Positions 24,301 to 27,885 of a stretch of DNA of 27,885 nucleotides are shown here, one piece after another; the first letter of the stretch is position 1, and each line of letters opens with the position of its first letter. Source of the DNA: Verrucomicrobiota bacterium (GTDB lineage: Bacteria > Verrucomicrobiota > Kiritimatiellia > CAIQIC01 > Lenti-01); contig DMJA01000066.1 in assembly GCA_003451935.1 (NCBI GenBank), positions 1-27,885 on the forward strand, read 5' to 3'. A model generated the notes under the pieces. It saw nothing but the letters and a program-made list of their open reading frames with translations, ran no database searches and was not told where the DNA came from. The position numbers were made by a program, and so were the translations under genes.

Positions 24301-27300
24301 AACCGATCGGCATCGAAGTTCGCCCCGATGATGGCGATGTCGCCGGCCGTGAGCGTGGACACCGGCGCGGCCACATTGCCAAGGAACATCGCGTTCGTGC
24401 TGACATCCAGCCGGTAGTTGTCCGAGGCGTTTGCCACCGCGGTCCAGGCCGCCGTGAAGTCCGCGGTGTTCGTCGCGCTCGCCCAGATCGGGCTCGGCGG
24501 GGGAGGCAGGCCTTCCGTCACCGTCACCGACACGTTCGTCGTCGCCACGCCCTGGCTGTTGCTCGCCGTGAAGTAGAAGGTCTGGGTGCCGACGTCCGCA
24601 TAGGGCGCCGTATAGGTCAACACGCCCGAAGCCGGATTGAAGCTGTAGCCACTCGTCGCCGTCGAATTCGTCAAGGCCAGCGTGATGGGCGTGGGATAGC
24701 CGCTGGCGCCGACCGTGAAGGCCATCGCCACATCCGTCGTCGCGCTCTGCGCCGCCAGCGCGTTGAACACCGGCGCAGCGTACACCGTCACGGTGACGGT
24801 CTGCGTCGCCACGCCCAGTCCGTTGCTCGCCGTGAAGGTGAAGGTCCGCGGCCCCGCGTCCGCCTGCGGCGGCGTGTAGTCCAGCGTGCCCGTCGCATTG
24901 GTGAACCAGTAATAGCCGTTCGAAGCCGTCGTGCTCTTCAGGACCAGCGCGGGGGTCGGCGCCCCGGTGGATGTGTTCACGGTGTAGGTGGCCATCGCCA
25001 CCCCGGCCGTGGCGCTCAGCGCGATGGCGTTGGTGGCGAATTCCGGCGCGGAGCCCCCCACCCACACATAGACGGTCTGCGTCGCCACGCCCACGGCGTT
25101 GCTCGCCGTGAAGGTGAACGTCCGCTCGCCGCTCTCCTCCTCCGGCGGGGTGTAGGTCAGCACGCCCGTATTCGTCGCGGCCGGGAAGCTGTAGCCGTTG
25201 GTGGCCGTCGTGCCTTGCAGCGCCAAGACGGGCGCATCACCCGACGCGCTCACCGTGATGGCCGTCGCCACCCCCACCGGCACGTAGAAGGTCCCCGTGC
25301 CGCTGGTGAAGGCCGGCATGCTTTCCCGGGTCGTCACATTCGCCGTCGGCGAGGAATTGGTGCTCGTCCCCGTTCCCGCAACCGTCCACACCCGGAAGTA
25401 ATACGTCGAATTCGTCGTCAGATTCGTCACAATTTGGCTCGTGCCCGAAACCGTCCGGTTCGAATAGCCTGGGACGTAATCCGGCGTACCGCCGCTCGGC
25501 TGGGTGATGGACACATCATCCACCCACAATTTCAGATCGCCCGTTGAAGTGTACACGTAAAGGACGCCAAAATAGCTTGCTGTGGTATGAGTGGTTTCCG
25601 TGGCCGGCGTCCCATAGGAGGTCAGCGCATCGAAGTTCCCGTTCGTGTCCACCTTGAGACTCCACTCCCCTGCCGCAGTCCGGATCACTTCGATTCCGCC
25701 CGCATATGTGTTGCTCACAGTGGTCTGCCAATTCAATCCGCTGTTGATGACTTCGGTTGCCGCCCCGGCCGTGACTTCCCAGAGTCGCAAAATATCGTCG
25801 GATAGCCCGCCATAATTCACCCCCACGATGTACCCGTTGACCGTGCCCTTCCTGGTCATCTGCGCGGCATCCTGATCCGCGGACAGGAATACCGACCAAT
25901 AGTTGCCAGCCGAAGGAAGGTTTGCATGCTTCACCTGCATCCGCCAGGTCGTGTCGGCAGCCGTCAAATTCAAACCAGAAAGGGCATATGAAATCTGATT
26001 CGAGTTCGCCACGGTGTCATTATAGACCTGCTGCAATGAATACGTCCCATTGAGAGGATTGGTCGGAGACGCCATCCATCGGTCCGCAGGGCTTTGCGTC
26101 CAGCCCGTCAATAAACCGGATTCGAAGCCGTTGGATAAAATCGTTGTGGTCCCTGCGCTGCCAGACTGGAAATTGGAGTTCGTGCTGACATCGAGGAGGT
26201 AGCTGGTGGCGCCGGAGACCGGGGTCCAGGCGGCGGTGAAGTCGGTGAAGTTCGTCACGCTCGCCCAGATGTTGGTTGGGGCGGCGGGGGGAGTGTCGCT
26301 GACGGCCACGGTCACGGTCGTCGTCGCCACGCCTTCGGTGTTGGTTGCCCTGAAGTAGAAGATTTTGGAGCCCAGGTCCCCGACGGGCGGCGTGTAGTTC
26401 ACCGTCAGTTCAGTGCCGTTCGTCGTGCAGGTGTAGCTGCCCCCCGTCGCCGTCGAGTTCGTCAGGGCCAGCACGGGGTCGGGATAGCCGGTCGCGCTCA
26501 CCTTGAACGTCAGGAGCGAATCAACATAGGCCGTCTGCGCGCCAAGGGCATTGAATTGAGGCGGCGCAAGCCCCGGAATGATGGTCAGCGTGGTGTTCGA
26601 GGATCCCGTGTAGCCGGGCGAGGCGATCGTCGCCACCACCGCGTAGTCGCCCGTGGCGATCGGCGGAGTGGCCGAACCGTTGTAGGTGACGGCCACGTTC
26701 AGGAAGGCGGGAACCGTCGCCACCGTGACGGTCTTGGCGTTGCCGTCGTACATCTGCGACACGTTCGACACGGTGACCGTCGCGGCAAGCGGGTTGTAGG
26801 GCAGGACCACGATGTCGTCGAGGTTCATCATGCTGCTGTTGTTGCTGTTCGACGTCACTTGGAAGCGCAGATAGGTCGCCGGGCCCAGCGCCAGGGTGTT
26901 GGAATAGGCCAGGAAGGTGAGCTTGTTGGTGACCAGCAGGTTGGTGTGGCTGGTCCAATCCACGCCGTTGGCGCTGGTCTCCAGGGACAACTCGCATTTG
27001 GTGGAGGTTCCGTACAGGGCATAGTTGAACGCCACGGAATGGATGCCGTTGGAGAACGGCGTCAGGCTTTGCATCACGCCGTTGGTCGAGATGTCGTTGA
27101 CATAGCGCAGGCGGATGGACTTCAACCCGTTCGTCACGTCGTTCGTCGTGCTGCTGGTGATGGCGTTGTTCAAATACCAGACGGCGGGATTGGTGGCGGA
27201 CAATGTCCGGTTGACGGGAACGTAGCTCGAGGGAGGCGTGTAGGTTTCGAAATCGATGACGTAGGATGCGCCAACGGCCCTGCTGACCGTGGAGGTGTCC

Positions 27301-27884
27301 AAAATCGTCACCGCGCCGGCGAAGGTATTGGTGATGCCGTCATAGTGGGCATCGCCGGTCACGCGGACCGTCGCGCTGTAGATGCCGACGTTCTTGGGCG
27401 GATGGGCCGGGGAATAGGTCACCGACCAGGAGAGCCCGGTGGGCGCCACCGTGAACGTGTTGGTGTGCGCCAAGCCGTCATAGTTCGCCGTGATCCGCGA
27501 GTCGATCGAGCAGGTTGCCAACGCCTTGGTGACGACCACGGCGTTGCTGAACACGAAGGTGCCGCCCGTCGCGTTGGCATCCCCCACCACCTCCACCGTG
27601 GCATCGTAGCCGCCAATCTCCACGGGCGCCGACACAAATCCGTCGGGAATCCCGTTCGTCGTGTAGGTCACCGTCCACGCCATCCCCGGCGTCACCGTAA
27701 ACGTGTTGGTGTGCGCCGCGCCGTCGTAGGGCGTCGAGATGGCGGAATCCAACGTGCAGGTGGCGGTGCCCTGCGAGATATTCACGGAATTGGTGAACAC
27801 GAAGATGCCGCCGGTGACCTTGTTGGTGTCGGGAATCGTCACAATGGCGGTGTAGGTTCCGGCGTCGACGGGGCTCCCCGCAAC
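18342..27884 (-). CDS. Giant multidomain surface protein/adhesin, 5'-truncated (>3180 aa): MBG-like, Ig-like repeats, split FnIII domains with inserts, lectin-like domains, C-terminal domain
   Basis: The frame stays open past the listed GTG to the window edge (...VAGSPVDAGTYTAIVTIPD...), so the true start is outside the window. MBG-like 'YDGNAKTVTV...GDYAVVAT', FnIII 'FTAAW...YRLDV...YYFR', ASH-like 'LAFGSVVTN...QSYTVSG'. T/S/A/G/N-rich extracellular composition. Confidence 0.92.
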   Translation of the reverse strand, partial: VAGSPVDAGTYTAIVTIPDTNKVTGGIFVFTNSVNISQGTATCTLDSAISTPYDGAAHTNTFTVTPGMAWTVTYTTNGIPDGFVSAPVEIGGYDATVEVVGDANATGGTFVFSNAVVVTKALATCSIDSRITANYDGLAHTNTFTVAPTGLSWSVTYSPAHPPKNVGIYSATVRVTGDAHYDGITNTFAGAVTILDTSTVSRAVGASYVIDFETYTPPSSYVPVNRTLSATNPAVWYLNNAITSSTTNDVTNGLKSIRLRYVNDISTNGVMQSLTPFSNGIHSVAFNYALYGTSTKCELSLETSANGVDWTSHTNLLVTNKLTFLAYSNTLALGPATYLRFQVTSNSNNSSMMNLDDIVVLPYNPLAATVTVSNVSQMYDGNAKTVTVATVPAFLNVAVTYNGSATPPIATGDYAVVATIASPGYTGSSNTTLTIIPGLAPPQFNALGAQTAYVDSLLTFKVSATGYPDPVLALTNSTATGGSYTCTTNGTELTVNYTPPVGDLGSKIFYFRATNTEGVATTTVTVAVSDTPPAAPTNIWASVTNFTDFTAAWTPVSGATSYLLDVSTNSNFQSGSAGTTTILSNGFESGLLTGWTQSPADRWMASPTNPLNGTYSLQQVYNDTVANSNQISYALSGLNLTAADTTWRMQVKHANLPSAGNYWSVFLSADQDAAQMTRKGTVNGYIVGVNYGGLSDDILRLWEVTAGAATEVINSGLNWQTTVSNTYAGGIEVIRTAAGEWSLKVDTNGNFDALTSYGTPATETTHTTASYFGVLYVYTSTGDLKLWVDDVSITQPSGGTPDYVPGYSNRTVSGTSQIVTNLTTNSTYYFRVWTVAGTGTSTNSSPTANVTTRESMPAFTSGTGTFYVPVGVATAITVSASGDAPVLALQGTTATNGYSFPAATNTGVLTYTPPEEESGERTFTFTASNAVGVATQTVYVWVGGSAPEFATNAIALSATAGVAMATYTVNTSTGAPTPALVLKSTTASNGYYWFTNATGTLDYTPPQADAGPRTFTFTASNGLGVATQTVTVTVYAAPVFNALAAQSATTDVAMAFTVGASGYPTPITLALTNSTATSGYSFNPASGVLTYTAPYADVGTQTFYFTASNSQGVATTNVSVTVTEGLPPPPSPIWASATNTADFTAAWTAVANASDNYRLDVSTNAMFLGNVAAPVSTLTAGDIAIIGANFDADRFTFLALANLDVGTAIYFTENGWTNDHFRTGEGIVLWSNSTANPIMAGTMVSITPSATASTGTVSGTSFALSASGDQILAYQKTASSTTMIYAVNSQDIGWQASATNTESSGLPTGLTDGTTAIALNEVDNFVYGMSVTAGTKAELLAAIGNTNNWTVSNTVTNALPPAGSFTVTGVSGDPSYVPGYSNLTVSGTSHSVTGLTPNTLYYFRMRSASALGTGTYSSVASVTTVDLAPFFTSGTSYSTTNGVELTFTESATGDPVPTLALQSTTATGGSYGWTNGTSPSMLTYTPPLADAGTRTFTFTASNSLGVVTQVVSVAVHAPPVFNALGTQYATSGVPMSFTVSVQGLPPTFAVVEADTGATPGSYTLNPATGLLTYTPPYADVGDVSFTFTASNSLGMDTQVVSVVVAEGLPAAPAPIWASAMNAADFTAAWGAPGGATSYRLDVGANSNFTAGSANTNLIAFDFADYAGDEAQGISTFAATHMQAPAYITRGTGLTASANAGRFNAGGWSTNFADAAAALAAGEYFEWTIQPGADHVTMSITNILLNIQRSATGASNLALRASHDGYATNLVSTNGMATNTAALALSCDLNGVPAFQNVSGAITFRLAGWGGASGGALGFEGAGDDILIQGSLATPAYIPGYSNLTVAGTSQSVTGLAAGATYYFRARAVSAIGTGTYSSVASVATKGVQAIHFAPIDNQTATNLVKLTAIASSGLPVSFAVASGPGSIASGTNLTFSTSGTVSIVASQAGNTSWDPAPDVTNTFNVTKAKATVTLGNLAQMWDGNAKTVTVTTVPADLSVDVTYDGSATAPSNAGSYAVTGIVNDLLYQGSTNGTLVISNAPVFNALGTQYATSGVATAFTVSATGWPTPALALESQTATSGYDFVPATGVLTYTPPLADGGTTKTFTFTASNELGVATQTVSVVVTAASAPAFTGGAGPYATTTGVALVFTETASGAPAPTLALQSTTAPSGYVFTAGTGELSYTPPLSEGGKTNTFTFTASNLAGVATQTVEVAVTLGPSSLAAWDFTGAGSPYPATWTAEVYNASMDGSSNITRGAGAPASTGTNSFRTTGFGNEGIALDSNDYYQVTLSSAPGHKLSLTSITGRFAGTPSFYTNVINYTGVRDQWAYSLDGTNFTWIGSPLESTSLTRAWDFSGVSALQNLTEGATVTLRYFASGQTGTGAWGFYSRADNSYGLDIFGIVDVDSTTPGILVSGDALAFGSVVTNVASAEQSYTVSGVNLGANIVITPPPGFEISLTSGSGFSSSAISLTPSSGTVAETTIFVRFKPATAGVYNSVLTHTSAGATQKDKVVTGTGTYSADSDIIRDSGFTEFSSIAYGSYQETNLTSSSLQVGSFTIRDGGGAADSDALGTTLTAITFTVANGDNLRRVALYDGTTEIAEGYGGTTVVFTNLAGLSAADGATKTFKVLASFASTVTDNAQLTFTVASATADSAGSIFAAADAGGAATDVTGDRNRIIVAATQLAFASLATVVPIAQNFSAVVQAQDANQNVDVDSIVSVTLGQASGSGTLSGGGAQSLVTGAYTWTALQYSEAGEFTIAANGGGLAGVTSVLITASAPLDGFIDGNFTGSPVWSGDTTNWIIVADSDAGAGATGSQTLRQNGPAGTATNQLRTQIAYWGVSQEWGLWVGRRNMEFATANRMYIWLYANEADLESSTVDGYRLAIGGDSTYGDKIRLERVTNGVADATILTSEESLVDGLTDVGFLIRVTHGRKSAGVWELYTSVLPTTNGEGSVATEVPANATVFQGTGVDSTLESNGYFGVVAVQTIDGAQATEIDQIYFQPYSTTRVVLYSFTAGEENDQVVVRWRTASEEDTVGFYVERWDGSAWVRVNKDILYAQGVDGFGTAYSLVDAGAVAGGTYTYRLVEVETSGDLQVYGPFERTAIALKLQSPVSLGTNGVWIRWLGRVDERYKILRSTNLIQGFQAIESGIPADPEGNEYLDTDIGGIGLYLIQVDEE
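21240..26560 (-). repeat. Eight ~88-aa Ig/cadherin-like repeats within the giant protein
   Basis: Motif 'Y-T-[PA]-P...F-[TY]-F-x-A-[ST]-N-x-x-G-[VM]-x-T' near 26390, 25150, 24875, 24610, 23430, 23165, 21605 and 21330. Confidence 0.85.
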
Positions 27885-27885
27885 T

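Noticed and set aside
13727-25547. Long antisense ORFs 13727-16474 (-), 18549-22364 (+) and 24015-25547 (+)
   Set aside because: They mirror the repetitive BspA and giant genes. Their periodicity simply reflects the sense-strand repeats.
22380-26168. Diversity-generating retroelement or shufflon acting on the FnIII inserts
   Set aside because: There is no reverse transcriptase, template repeat with adenine-specific mismatches, site-specific recombinase or inverted cassette in the window. The upstream part of the locus is not visible.
18342-27884. Enrichment of N-x-S/T glycosylation sequons
   Set aside because: The hand count (8 of 35 Asn) is about what the Ser/Thr content predicts. The visible bias is [S/T]-N instead.

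Overview
GC-rich bacterial DNA. The protein families point to the PVC superphylum, probably Kiritimatiellia/Verrucomicrobiota (inference). The left half (325-10609, minus strand) is a type IV filament cluster: pilB-pilC-[PilR-like NtrC regulator]-pilA, a terminator, then pilM-N-O-P-Q. REP-like hairpin doublets bracket pilMNOPQ. The order matches the Myxococcus/Geobacter pilB-pilT-pilC-pilS-pilR-pilA block, but pilT and pilS are missing from their positions. Several parts are altered: the regulator has GAVPGA instead of GAFTGA, PilC is N-terminally short, the PilB MshEN motif is degenerate, the pilin has a C3H putative zinc site, and the secretin has a long lip insertion. Divergent from pilB is an ATPase-less protein carrying a PilB N-terminal-like domain. 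The right half holds a secreted beta-propeller protein, a 1545-aa BspA-type LRR protein and the 3' part (>3180 aa, 5'-truncated) of a giant surface protein. In the giant protein, three FnIII domains each carry a different ~190-230-aa passenger domain inserted at the same loop. Both large exported proteins end in short C-terminal domains that may be sorting signals. No rRNA, intact tRNA, CRISPR array or transposase was seen. All family calls come from motif recognition by eye; no searches were run.
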